64,000 bases of DNA from Mizuhopecten yessoensis (lineage: Eukaryota): positions 659,864-723,863 of the forward strand of contig NW_018407656.1 of the NCBI RefSeq assembly GCF_002113885.1. The letters are read 5' to 3'. Shown piece after piece: positions 25,675 to 39,501 of this stretch. The position numbers and the translations under genes are program-made. Below the pieces are notes generated by a model, which saw nothing but the letters and a program-made list of their open reading frames with translations, did not search any database and was not told the origin of the DNA. Each line of letters starts with the position of its first letter. The first letter of the stretch is position 1.

Positions 25675-27766
25675 CTAAAATACGTTACATCAACACATAG
25701 TCCCTCAACGCAAGCAAGTTATTTACCGGCGATCAAATGACATTTTATCTTCCGTCTCCCGCCCGCGTAACGATGTCTGCTAGAGTTAACCGCTCTTTAT
25801 TGTTTGTCACTTCCGTTGCGCAGAGAGAATGGGATGTCCTCAAAACGAGGACAACATGACTTCCGGAAAGAAGCCTAGGGTCGAAGTGGTCGTTATCGGT
25901 GATAAAGATGGCCAATGGTCAGTAGGAATTCACACCATTCCTCTCAGATACGACCGACCGTCTTCCTGGAATGAGTTCATGTCTGCCCAGTTCATTATAC
26001 TTTATGTTTACGGCTCGTGTGTTACGGTAAACGAATGTGTCTGAGTCTCGGCGCTAGTCTATGTGTGTTTGTGACAGGAACATTATCCCTAGCAGTGTCG
26101 TCTGCTCTGCTACTGTCGTTTTCTGGCTGGTGTCACTTACGCTTGCAGTCGACACAAAGCGGCTAGCTAGGGTGGACTGGCGATTGTGCGGATTTAATAG
26201 CGCATTAAAGAAAATGTTAATGATTTACATTTTTTTGACATAATTGCAATTTCCACCTATCATGTAATGAAATTCCAGACGATCATCCTAACATGAAAAA
26301 TAAATACATGAAACTCGATCACATATTTTTGCGTAAATTTAATTTGCAAAAAAAACCACCAACAATTTTACAAAATTGACCCTTATGAAGCAAATATATG
26401 ATGTGATATGCCGGGGGTTAACACAAATTGGAAATAAATTTCATCTAAATATCTAAAAAAAATATATATTTGCAAAAAATATATATTTGAAATAATGTTT
26501 TTCATCATGTGAATGGTAGAATGCATGCTGCAAATAAATTTGGTTGGAAATACATTAAATAGTTGTTCCAGCCAGAGTAACAAGTATTATAAAAAAACAA
26601 TTTTCGTCGTAATATGATCCTTAAAAAGTGAAGGATCGATATTTCAATTTTAAAGATTTTGTCGAATGTATTTTTCCAAATTAATGGGCAAGCGAGTCTT
26701 ATCGAAAGCATCATTTGCATTGATTTAAAATCGACTTAGAATATCCATAGTTGAATCTAACAAAATATCCTTCCCAAAACATTTCAAAAATAATACATAT
26801 CCCCAAAAGAACTAATTTCTTTGTGTTTAATACTTATTTGAATAATATTAACGTGTAAGGTTAGATATTATGTCACCTGTTTATTTTGTGAAAGTCAAAT
26901 CAATGAAAATACACGCAAATTAGAATTTATTAATATATCTCCAGTCAAAATTTCAGAGAGTATTACCAAGTTATGGAAATTTTTGGAAATTCTTATAAAA
27001 GCACAATTCCTCTTTCAGTTAAATATTTTTCCGGAGAAATTTGCTTTTCAAGACTGTTTAAAAAAAAAATGATGAATCGACTTCCATAAGTTGCATTTCT
27101 TGCTATACCATTTCCTTCGTATTAGTAAATACTGTTGGGAAAGTGACCTGTTCGTGTTTCAACGAGCTTTTGCGGAACATATGGCCGGGAGCTACAACAG
27201 TAATACATATGTATTGAGTTTGCGATTCCATTATTTCAGTCACACCTCGCTTTATTAAGTACAATTGTCATTATCAGATATCCATGTCAATTTCTTCCCG
27301 CATGAAATTGATTCCCGCGGTTGTTAAACCCTGTCAGTCAAACTGCGGTTGGATTCTGATTCATATTCTACTACGCATGCGTATTAACCAATTCGAAGAG
27401 GCGGTCACCGTGATATCACCATATTTACTTCGATTATGGTCAGAGAATGACGAGCTCCAGAGCCGCAAACACTTCGGAGGAAATGGCGGCATATTGTATT
27501 CATTTTTACAAAAACATTCTTTTAAATAACCGCTGACGAAAATAAAGTGAAGTCTGTAGAATGAGTGTTGTTAAATCCATAAAGTTATTTTGTTATTTTT
27601 AATAAATGTTCGGCTTATGGCTTATTCGCTGCTAAAATACGCCCCTTCTCCCCCCGTTTTTGAATTACAATATATCTTATATATGTACCTTTTTTCTACT
27701 GGAATAATTATTTGCAGTATTTAAATTACCCTCGAGTCGTTATATTTTAAGTACATTGTACACTTG

Positions 27767-27883
27767 TATGTGGGATATGGATATTCTGCCCTCAGGTGCA
27801 AAATTCGGAATTGGGAATTCGACAAAGCCTCGGTTCTGACCCTAATTCTACACCCTAGGGTAGAATACCTACACACCTACATA
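27767..27883 (-). repeat. Long imperfect palindrome, same architecture as 622-745 (Crypton-like)
   Basis: Pairs tatgtggg/cctacata, tattctgccct/agggtagaata and ggtgcaaaatt/aattctacacc. The centre reads ccgaggctttgtcga on the minus strand. Confidence 0.6.
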
Positions 27884-28235
27884 TGCTTGACTCTATTACG
27901 AAACATGATGACTGACTTGATGAGAAACATAGAAGAGGTAGGCAGACAAAAAAATGCTATTGCAAAATAAAAGTGCTACATTTTTTTCATATTTGAAAAG
28001 TGATCAATTTTGGGAAGTATTCCATTTTGGGAACTCCTACGTTATTTGTTATAGAGTGCAGTTGTGGCCTAAGGGTTGGTTCTGTTCGGGGCGCTCCACA
28101 TAAACTAAACAAAATAAGCGCAATTAGAATATGCACATATTGTCAATTGAATGACATATTTTGCAAGCAGACAAACGCCTGACTACAAAGCTGCTGGGGA
28201 ACACTAGTACAGATAAGACAATGCAGGCATCTGTA

Positions 28236-28319
28236 TACTGTAAAAGAGGACATTTTCGTGGTGTGGAAATGTTCGCGTTTTTTTGCGTTGAGTAAATTAG
28301 CGCGAAAATGTCCACAGTA
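28236..28319 (-). mobile_element. 84-bp mini derivative of MITE family A
   Basis: tactgtaaaagaggacattttcg ... cgcgaaaatgtccacagta. The reverse complement matches the 3' ends of the copies at 2821-2898 and 21016-21075. Confidence 0.65.
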
Positions 28320-29325
28320 AATCACACAATGTAAAACAGAGATAACTCTATATACACGTCGACTATTCTCCTACCAAAATAGTTACCTATGTAAACAGCT
28401 TCAGTTCAGAATATCCACAAGCTTCAATTTACGAAACAATAAATTACAATCCACGAAACCTCTTTTATACCACCTACACAAAGACTATGAACTATCTTGA
28501 AACGTTATTGAAGAAGCCCCTTAGACTTAACACACAAAGATATATGCCAAAATCAAAGTATAAAATAATTACATTCAAAAAGCCTTTGTTGCGGGTGATC
28601 GAAAACCCAATATCCTCAAGGCCAGACAGACTTAGGCTCTATTGTAGTAATCTTAATGATGACGTATAATGCCAACTTAATTAACTGTTCCAAATGTACA
28701 TGCGGATATCTAAAAATAGATGTTTACAATTGCGATTTTATTTTCTATAGATAAATGGAACCAATATTGAGATACCCATTGATTTTATTCGATATTTGTA
28801 TCTGAATTAGTCTTTATCTTCTTCACTTTTGAATGAAAGCGTAAATTAATGGAAGAATATTAAATTTCTCAAGCATGGTCAACCTTTCCCCTCCCCTCTC
28901 TCCCGTTCTTCAAGATCTCATAATCTACATCTTTTGTAACTCGCTCGTGTTTCATTCCTTTGTATTGTTTGTCTGTAGTGCTATTTGGGCTCCTACTTGT
29001 AAGACTTGAACGTTTGTTTTCTATTTTTGCTATATATTTCTGTTTGCTACTTGAATACTGTACTGTCTGCCTTTAATAGCACTCTAAAGTCGGCATCAGG
29101 TTCGCGCTTTAGCAAGGTCGCAAATACATCAACATCTCGCCTCCGACATACATTACAATTTGCGTACACGAAGGCATAACCATCTTAGCTGTTTATAAGA
29201 CGTTAAATCCAATGAACTAAACCAAATGTGTCTGCGTGTCTGTAATCATTTCCGCCTACCTTGATGCAATTTAATGGTATGTTACATTTTCAATCTACCC
29301 ATCTTTTGTTGTATATATATGTTAC

Positions 29326-29550
29326 TACAGTAAAACCTCGATTTGATGGCATTCATGGCATTTGTCAATTCGCTTATCACCAACAGATTTATGTTCCACT
29401 TTCTCATTTTCCGTAATGATTCCTGGATATATCTCACTCGCTGTACTGTCAGACCCCTTTACAATGCCAACATTTCACTTAATGACTTATTGCAGTTTAA
29501 CGACTCTTTACTTTATTTCACCTTGGTAAAGGACGGTTGTAACTTTGATT
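29326..29550 (+). mobile_element. Old Tc1/mariner (pogo/Tigger-like) MITE relic
   Basis: Only the TA|cagtaaaacctcg terminus is recognisable, so the end coordinate is approximate. Confidence 0.3.
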
Positions 29551-32500
29551 TAATTGGTTCCCAGTGCATTTGATGTATGTTCATGTATTTACGGCAATTA
29601 CATATGTCTAAACAATACAAGTTGGAGAATGTAAAGTGTTATTGTATGTTTCTATAACATAATGGTCACTATTTGTTTCCGTTGTGCAGATTGTCGACTG
29701 AGAACATGTTCGTCTCCATTCACAATTTTGTTTCCCGAACTGTGTACGTCACTGTCCAAACAGACAAGGAGAGGAAGAGATATTTGACAGTTTGCAGACT
29801 GTCGTGAAAGTAGGATTTGTTAAAAAAAACCTAGATTGAGCTCAAGCGCGTCATGAAATGGAATTGTAGCTATTCTACCAATTACCATCCCGTATATTAC
29901 ATTACCCGGACGAGGAGCCGAAGCTGTTCTTTCTTTCGCGTCACTTCCCGGCGGTAATGTATCAGATTGTGTCTCCAGAACAACATAAAAAGCATGAATG
30001 ACTTGAAATGATGAACATAAAACGGATTATCTTGAAGGCTTCCGCTGTCATTAAATATTTGCACCCCATAATACAGACAAGATGAATGGATGTTCTCTGC
30101 TTTAGTTACTTGTGGCGTACTTACATACCTATTTCTAACGACCTTGTTAAGCAAGTGTATACCCCCTTTCTCCACTTACAAAAGGGACGGGAGTGCCGCA
30201 GTTGTGAGCTGTTTGCACACGGTATCGCCTTGTATATATACAAGGACCGTTTCCCAAAGAAAATTAGAACTCTCTTAGCAAGATCGTTAAATGTGAAATC
30301 ATTGCTGTCCAACTCATTTTGTGGTTATTCGACATTGCGTGTTGAATTTTACTGATTAAATTCAATTTAAACGTGCCGAGAAGTTTACCGCGCTAACGCG
30401 TATGGTACGTGTCGACACGCGAAGAGTAGTGATGGGGTATTGTCCCGTGATTGCCTTGGAAATCAGTGTCAAGTCATTCCTTTTATTGGGGGACTCGGCT
30501 CCAAATAACTCCTTAATGGTAAACCACACTGCACGTGCGTTAAATTTAGATTCATACACAAAGTATATAAATTCAACAATTAACAACAAACAGCTTTCGA
30601 AAACAGGTTTTAAACAGGGAACAATTTGAAGCAGGTTCTTTACTTGTGTACTTTCGCAAAAGTCGCAGACCTGAGAAAAGGGAATAATTTTATTGAGGAG
30701 GGTCATAGAGCCCAGACCAACCTTATTGGGAAAAGGGAATGTACTTGTGGAAGATCATGTACCCCCTTTCATGTCCCCTGGGGAGCTGGGGGAGCCGAAA
30801 GTCATGAAACCCTTAGCATATCAACGCACTTGACGAAGGGAGTAGAAAGGGCTGCAGAAAGCACTATAGATCCCTATCAGCTTCCAGGCGAGGAAAGATC
30901 TAGATGGGATAGGGATTCCATGTGTTCTGGAACGCATGTCAAATTTGTTAAATCCTCAACCTCCTTAATTCATATCGAGTTCAGGAATGAAAAATGCAAG
31001 CATTCCAAACGTACTTGAAAAATCGATCCAGGCGAAAGCATTGATATCATAATCTTATTGTCAATGAAGTTTAATCAAGATCAAACGATGAAAAATGGAA
31101 ATAAAAGTCAATTAATCTTCATAAAATTGGTTTTCTCTCTCAATAGTTTCTAAAACAGTGTGAGAAAATAAGAAACAGATAGTCAGGTAGGCATTAACTT
31201 CAGTCAATATTGCTTCGTGGCAGTTCACGTTAAGTTAATGTCTTTGAAATATGATTTTAAATTATTAACCATATTTTGAAATGTGAATAAATACAAATAT
31301 TTCGTTCTGTGTTTCGCGTACATCACATTGGAGTTCTTATCATTGATAAATAATTTGTACCCTGTCAGACTGGACTACTAGAAACATCGATCTAAATTAA
31401 TCAAATATCATTTTAACATCATTTCTGATCCCTTATGGGGCTGTGTTCTCGACTAACTCCAAAATCATCCCGTTACGTTAACACATAAAACTATGATCAA
31501 TCTCTTCACAATAAAAAACAACAGTCATTATATCCGAAGAGATTTTTAACTGCATTGAGAAATGCATCAGCCTGGATGGAGAGTTGGATTTGGCGTCAAC
31601 TTTCGTGGTAGCCGTAAGTGTTTCTAGAGAGCATGTTAAACGGGCCATTTGTTACAAGAGTATGATTCAACGCCGACCCAGCGGAAGAACGGGTCCCTGT
31701 AGTCCTTCGGCCCTATTAACAATAAGTAGTCCCATATATCACTCCGCAGTTAATTCTTTTAACAGGAGACTACCACGTACAAAATACCGCGATAAATATG
31801 TATTTGACACCACGTTATCTGGCCGTGAGGTGGCGCCATTATACGAGATTCGTTGTTTTTATGCCATGCAGCTTATTGAAATGTTTAGTATGATTTTTCG
31901 TAGTCAATTTTCATATGAAATTGACAACTTTTCTTTCGGTGTTTTTCCAAACATGCCTCACAGTTGGTTTAATTTAAGTTCTTTTCATACACTCAAATTA
32001 AGCTTTTAAAAGTGTAAGAAGTGTTTTTCTTTAACTGCACTAAGAAGACTGTACTTCTGTTTGCCGAACTTCAATGAGCTTACGATCTTTGTTTGCCGAA
32101 CTCCGGTCTCAATGACGCCGGAGAAAAAGTTTGACATACAACTGTTATTAGATATATATGTAGTCAACCATAAAACAAATACGTGTGAATATATGGCTTA
32201 ATTATGACCATCCTGAGACCAATAAGGCGAAGGCGCCATTGTCTAAGAATATCTTAATATCAACTTTCTCATGGAGGAACATTTTCACATGGTAATATTT
32301 AGCCATTCCGCCTAATGACCACGCAAATGGATCTTTCCTAGTTATATTTTGAAATGTAGATATTGTCATTTCATTTAAATGTTTTGTGATATTCACCAAG
32401 GGAACAACAAATCCAGTTCAGTATGTGGGGATTGCCGTTGTCCTTGAATTATTTGAAGATTATGTAGCCGAAAACATATTAATGTTTTTTGTTTGTTTTT

Positions 32501-32747
32501 TTGTTTGAGAATATTAAATTGCATGATCCTAGATTAGTTTTATTCGTGAGAAAAGGGGAAGGGCGGGTAGACTGTGGTGTGTACGAGTGGGGAAAGTCGA
32601 GAGAGGATGTTTTTGCGGGGGTTGATTTATAGGGTAGGGCTTAGTGAAATGGAGTCTGTTGGGTGGGGGTTGGGCTGGGTAGATATAGGATGAGTTTGTA
32701 GTGTGCACGGGTGGGGAAAGTCGAGGTAGGGCGTGTTTTCTTAGGGT

Positions 32748-32825
32748 TAGGTTGGGATATGACGTGGTGTAATGGGATGTTGTAGGTTGGGATATGACAT
32801 GGTGTATTGGGATGTGGTAGGTTGG
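32748..32825 (+). repeat. 35-bp tandem repeat, about 2.2 copies, inside a G-rich tract (about 32550-32830)
   Basis: taggttgggatatgac at 32748 and 32783; taggttgg at 32818. Confidence 0.85.
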
Positions 32826-33491
32826 CAGAATCTATATTGTGCTGATATAGACAATACTGAAACTCATTATAATACGATGGAAATCCGTTTTCAAGTGAGT
32901 TCAACATGTTTCTCACCGCGTCATACTGTTGCGATGTTAGAAAAAAACTCAAAACGATTAATATTAATTTATACCTGAGCGCCTTGCCTTATATAGCCTT
33001 TTACTGAAATGCTAATAGGTATAAGAGGCTTCCCTCAGGAACATCCCACGACCCCGGGCGTAAAAGACAACCGAACTATACAGTCATAGATGTTCATATC
33101 TCTTCTGTCGATTCTGTCAATATATCTATATTTCTAGCTTAATCAAATGTTCATGCCGAGAATGCAAAGCGTATTTTTAACATGATCTCGCTGAGATCCC
33201 AGATGTCAAGGGAGCCATTTTTATGATGCAGGTATGATGTCAATGTGAGGTTGGAAAAATGATATGGCAAAGAAATCAAGCGCATGATCCAGAGAGTGCA
33301 TTAATACAAGTACCATATACCAAATATCTACTCTCTGTAGCAAAAATGTTAGTTACAATGTGCTTTGGGTGTCGTATGGTATCAAAAAAAATGCCTTTTT
33401 CGTTTCATTTAAGCATTGAACTGCTTTCAGTTGGCATTCGTAGGCAACATGAATGCCAACTCGACAAAGGCAAATTCTACGAAGCGCTTTC

Positions 33492-34599
33492 TTTAAGCAT
33501 TGAACTGTTTTTGTATGGTATTTATGATCTATTTGAATGACGCATTTTTAAGTCCCATCAACGACACAGCTTTCAAAGAGGCTATATAGTGACAATGCCA
33601 TGCAAATGTAAATACATGTATATTCACCATGTACCATTTTTTGGTAACTTACTCATAAAAAAATCACTAACACTTATTGTTATTCAGCATTTCGTTCGAA
33701 TCATGTATCTATCGTATAATAGAACAGTCATTTGTCCAGGGAGTGTTAGTGGTATCTAACGTAACAATAATGACGTCATATGATAATGATGACGTCAACA
33801 ATCGGCTCTTGGCATTCATAGCCTACATGAATGTCATCTTGATTTGGTAGGGTTATAAAGTGGCAATGCCATGTACGATATTAAAACACAATTAAAGAAA
33901 ACATACCCAAACATTGGGTATACACCCGATATGTATATAACCTTGAACACCCGATACTTACACGGAAGCAATATTGGGCCATACGTTAGCCTGTAAGGTG
34001 TCTGTATTTAGTAAACCATTAGCCTTAAACTGTTAAAATGTTGGATACCGAGATTAAACTCATTTTCCACACCGATAAATGATACCCACACTTCCGTTCT
34101 AGGATTTTGTTCTCTCTGCTTTACCCCGGATAGAGTCACAGCACGAAACAATAACGCGTGCTAAACCGGAAATTATTATTGCAAGTGTGTAACATACTGC
34201 ATAACATAAGCGAAATTTAATAATTGATATTTGGTTCTTTTTAGCAGTAAAGGCATTTCCACATTATTCATTTTACCACTACGTTACCACTGTATTCCCC
34301 TATCAATGCATCATGCCATTCAAATAGGGTTTAAATGCAATGGCTCGTATCCTGACGTCATCATTATAATGACGTCATATTTATTACGTTGGATACCATT
34401 CGTTCGATGATCAAGGAGTATCGATACATACACTAGTTTGAACTTTATGCTGAATTTTATAACGCAGGTTTTATTTCTATGATATCAAAAGTATTAAATA
34501 TAAGCACTACAAACAGTGCAAATATGGCAACTACAGTCTGAAAAGCTGTGTCGTTCATATAGACTGTAAATACCATATTGATACAGTTCAGTGCTTAAA
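33492..34599. repeat. Foldback structure with diverged inverted arms at about 33492-33870 and 34280-34599
   Basis: tttaagca-tgaactg, tatggtattta, aacgacacagcttt, attcagcat, tggtatc-aacgtaa and a double tgacgtca are all mirrored. Confidence 0.8.
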
Positions 34600-36936
34600 T
34601 ACATGTAACTCGTTAATCAAGAAATGGCTGAATTTCAGTTTAGACAGGGTTTTTTCATGCAAAGAATCGAACCTCCTTGCATGTACATGTAAGTCAGCTG
34701 CAATTGATGGACAAATGCGGCGTTACTGAAGGCAGTCAACAATTTCCCTTTACGGGAGTTGGATTTTAGGAGAAATTTCAATTAAGATATTTTATGAAAA
34801 TACATGTCGTGAGGTTTTCTAAAAACGTGACATTTACTTTAATCTAAATACATGAAATTTAAAATTGAGGTGACATACCAACAGACCTGACTACGGATGT
34901 GACGTAAGACTATCCGGGTTGTCATCTTGTCAGTTATCTAGAGGTTCTAAATTCAAGTTATAAAGGCGGGTTACATGCCAACTTCTACTCGATTTAAAAC
35001 CACAGGGTCACCCAGTCTGACGATTACATGTCGTCAACCCGTACCAAATAGTACCGCCTCGCTGTATACAACAACGCGAAACAAGCGCGAGGCAAGCACT
35101 GACTCCCCTATATCAACAAATCAATGCTCGTTTTTCTTACCAAAACGCTAACGAGAAACCAATGAGTGGGATGAACTTGCAAATGTATGATATTAGTCTA
35201 TTCTTGTTGTATTTGAAATCAGAAAATCTTTCAAACAAGTAGAGAATTTATATCACTTTTCTCAATTTTCGCGCGCAGATTGACATGAGACTTGCAATGT
35301 GTGAAGGTCATACAGTCTCAAGCGCCCAGATGTGTAAATCAGGGACAGTTAATTGCCCATTATTGACGGTTGGCGCGACGCGAGCACTTTGCAACGAGAT
35401 GGAGAGGAAGACGGTCGGGCATAGAGCAGAAAGCCAATTAACAGGTGACGATGTATGGCATACTGGCGTGACGAAATTCCCCGTGGTGAACGTCATCGGT
35501 CAGAACGGATGTCTATTTGGCGCGAGGTGGGGTAGTAGATAGGTGCTAGCTAGCCGGGTGGTTCGCATAGGCGCATTGTGAGACTGCGTAGCTGCAAATG
35601 GCACCCAGTCCTACTACTGAGCCACTTAAATGGTACCTGCTTAGGCTGAATCGTGTTGTAAAATAGCCAACGATACACAGTAGACAAAAGCATCAGGAAA
35701 ACAAAGTGACCGATTTCAAGCGCGAGACATGGGCAGTGCATCTATTAGCAAGTAGGCAGTGCACAGGCTAAGTTTGACACGTATTCCATCTGCTCAGCAA
35801 CATAGTTTCAACATTTTTTCGTCTTAACATTTCAGATTATCTTGATAATATAATGATTAAAAAAACTCACTTCATTAGCATGCTAGAGATGACGAAACGT
35901 CAAGATAGCGACGTTGCAAAGATTTCTATTTTACGACATCTTGAACCAATAATCAGTCGATCCAGACACTTAAATATAAGCTTTAGCGTTTGTAAAACTC
36001 CAGTACGTATGTTTGTGTCGATGCTGCCAAAATACATACCACGTCATATTCGTGAGCTTGTGACGTCTGCCACATTGACATTTGCATACATGAATTTGTG
36101 TTTAGCAACCAACGTTGTAATTCTGAAGCTGAATTTAAAGGATCTTTCGTTACAAAAATACTTTGTGATGAGATAAAATCATCTGTATTTTACAGCATCA
36201 CCCACGTGCAAACCCATTTATCTTGCCACAGTCTCGTGTAATTGCAAACACTTATTTCATACATCTGAAACTGAAACTGTTTTAGGATTCTACATATATA
36301 CATGTATATGTATTTATCAACACAATTTGAATTTATCGTCATATAAGTTTCATACTAATCAATAAAACGGTGTACAATCAATTTTCTAGTAAGTTTTCTC
36401 GTCAGTCAGTGCTATCGTGTTACATGTATTCATCAATGCTAATAAGTACATGTACATGAAAATCTATAAAAAAAGGAGTTGAGAGCGGAATGAAATTACG
36501 CAATATCGTTTCAACTGCAAATTTGTACAGATATCTATACACTAATGAGCATTCAGGCTTGAAAGTAATAGTTAAATAAACTGTAATATGGACCATTGTC
36601 TAAGTTAATTTTAGAAAAAAACACACTTCAACTCATTTTACCCACGTTGGAATAATTTTTTGCCTGCTCCGAGTTCATTTTGTTTTTGGATACCCCTTGT
36701 TTGTAGTAGTTCAAAAAGAGTTCAGAATACACAAGATAATCAAGCGACGTCACAGACTTTTGTCGTTAGACTGGGAAGCTAAGCGAAAGCATCATTCTTA
36801 TTGACCTATTCATCTAGGTGTACATTGACCTGAATTCTGACTATACATAATAGTACATTGAACATGTAAGATAGTTTAATAGCGCCCATATTATATGCAT
36901 GGAGATAATCTTATGATTTAGACAAACGTTTGGATA

Positions 36937-37332
36937 TAACCTTGACGTGGCTAGATGTAAATATGATGCCACGTTACTAATAATGTTTATGGCATTAAAG
37001 GGTATAGGTGACCTTGACGACACAAAAGAGTTACATGTACCAGACAACTTTGACGACACACGAGTGTAATTACTTTGGTTGCGCACAAACGGGCGCAGAT
37101 GACCTTTACACAAGATTGTAGACGACTTTGACGACTCGCTTTGCTGTATATAATATTGTTGGTGACCTTGACGACACAAAGGAGTGTATGTACATATGTA
37201 ACCTTGACGATACATACACATGTATGCAAGCTTGATGACCCACTAGTTAACGAGCTTAAGGCCTTTTATATACCCACGAATACAAGTGATCTTGACGAGA
37301 CACAATGCTGCGGGTACCGTGATAAGCACACA
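36937..37332 (+). repeat. Decayed array with conserved core accttgacgacaca and variable linkers
   Basis: Core variants at about 36939, 37011, 37047, 37072, 37102, 37125, 37165, 37201, 37229, 37289 and 37316. Confidence 0.8.
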
Positions 37333-39501
37333 TACTCTCTCTGTGGCTATACTGATATGCATGAGAGGGAAGATATCATTGACGTATCAGAATACACGAC
37401 GCATTACAACGTATTACAATATATTCATAACACGGGGGTACTGTAAATAGTTCATAATTGCAACACTTTATGTGATAAATTGTTATCTGATCGTCATATT
37501 TGTGCGTACTATACTTTCAGGCACCATTCTTATTTTTAATTTATTTATCTTTTTTTTTTCATCAACTATCAACATTGAAACATTTATTATTAATTCAGGA
37601 AACAATGTTATGATCCTAAGAACAAGATAAGGGATAAATGTTCCGAAATTAATTTGAAGTTAATCGGACAGTAATTTCCGGAGTTATCGGACAAAGCCTG
37701 TTGTAAGCAGCTAAAATTGTCTGCCTGGATTTATCTTGTTGAGGCATAGTTAGCATAACAATAACGATTTCAGTTCTTTTCCTGATCAATCTTTCCATTT
37801 TTTAAAGTGCGATTATTCTTGACAGATATAATGCCTTCTTATTTCCATCTGTTCCCCACGTTTTCTCTCTGGCCAATGTGAAAAATTATACGAAACCAAC
37901 CAAGTTGTACAAAATAAGAAACTAACCAATCTGTATAAAGTACGAAACTAACCAAGCTGTATAGATAGGTTTTTGATGATTTCTGTACAAATGTGTCCCT
38001 GTACGGTTTGTATTGTTTTATAACCCCCCTTTTATCCATATTGACTGCGCTAAGAAGATGCTTAGATGCATGGAGACAGATATAGCACATAAGCCTAGCC
38101 ACCAGCCTGAGTAATGAGCGAGAATCAGTGCCGTGACCTTGGCAACCAGAACCGTGCATGACCTTCCTTATATAGCACACAACAAGTTGTACCTGTGGCG
38201 CGAGGAATGAAGACTAGATAAAACATGGTCTTATCAACGCTAGATTTGACATGATTTATTATATACTCTATGCTATATATATTTTATGGCCTTAACAGAA
38301 GTTTCAAATGTATTTTTGTCACTTATTCATTTCAGTTTCTAGCTTTAGTATTTTTGTGTGTGGTTATATATACTATTTGCCCATTTAATTTGTTAACCTC
38401 CTAAGGTTAACTTTTATTTTGTGTTGTAAAAGTGTACATTACGCAAATTGGTCGTTTCTGCGTCTAATCAACTGAATTTAGTTAACCTAATTAGCAGAAA
38501 TGTATGCATTAAAATAAAAGCGGACTTTAAGCAATATTATTTCTATCAGAGCAAATGAATTGAGTCAATTGGGTCAATCAAAAAGTCTTCATTTTTTTAG
38601 TGTTTAACTTTTAAATTTCAGTCAGAAGAACCTATCCGTTATCTCGATTGCCATCCAATGTATCACCCTTTTCTCTACCTGGTTCCATGATCTCCCCATC
38701 CACAACCCGGGGCTACTTTTCGCTTTCCCCTTTCTACCATTGATATTGCGTCACCCCTTTCCGCAATTTACTATAAGCGCTTCTTCCCCTTCCCACTCTC
38801 CATCTCATTTGTTTTTTTAACCCTAATCCAATACTCCTCTTTACCATCTTCTATCAAACATATAATCCCTTCCCGCACGTTATTATACCGAATAGAAGGC
38901 ATTTTCTCGTGTAATTTCTCCTATATTGGTGTGATGATGAAATCATGAAAAATAAGCACAAGTTTTGAAAACATAACAAACAATACCACGCAGATACGCT
39001 ATAGAATTAAAAATGTATATAGCACGGAGATAAATACAAAAACAATACATAAATAGACAATTTGATTTTGATAGAATTCGCGAAATTTACATCATGTGTA
39101 AATATTATGATACAGGTTTTTTGTTCAATATTTCCCTTCAGCACTTCTCTCTACTCTCTGCATTATTTATTTGAACTGGCCTATATCTCCGTTATCTTCT
39201 TTTAATTAGTTAACCCTCCCTACCCTCCTAACCTGTCTACAAATAATTTACTAACCCTCCGCAACATGCACTTACAATATCTAGATCCCCTCTCAACCAT
39301 TTAAATTTCTACCTCTCCATCCTATTCCTGATTTTAGCCCCTATTCAGTGTTTTCCTGATTGATAGTTTTTTCGACTCTTATCCCGGCCAACTTTCTTTA
39401 CGTTTTTAATTTCTTACTTGTCTCCTACCTTAATTATTTTACTCACTTTTATCCGTCGCTCTCTTTCTTTCATTCTGCATTTACCTGCCCCTGCCAATAA
39501 A

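Noticed and set aside
30086-31018. Cluster of overlapping ORFs
   Set aside because: Several frames on both strands are open with no recognisable protein, consistent with locally higher GC.
36937-37332. CRISPR array
   Set aside because: The cores are short and degenerate, the spacing is irregular, there are no cas genes, and the context is eukaryotic.
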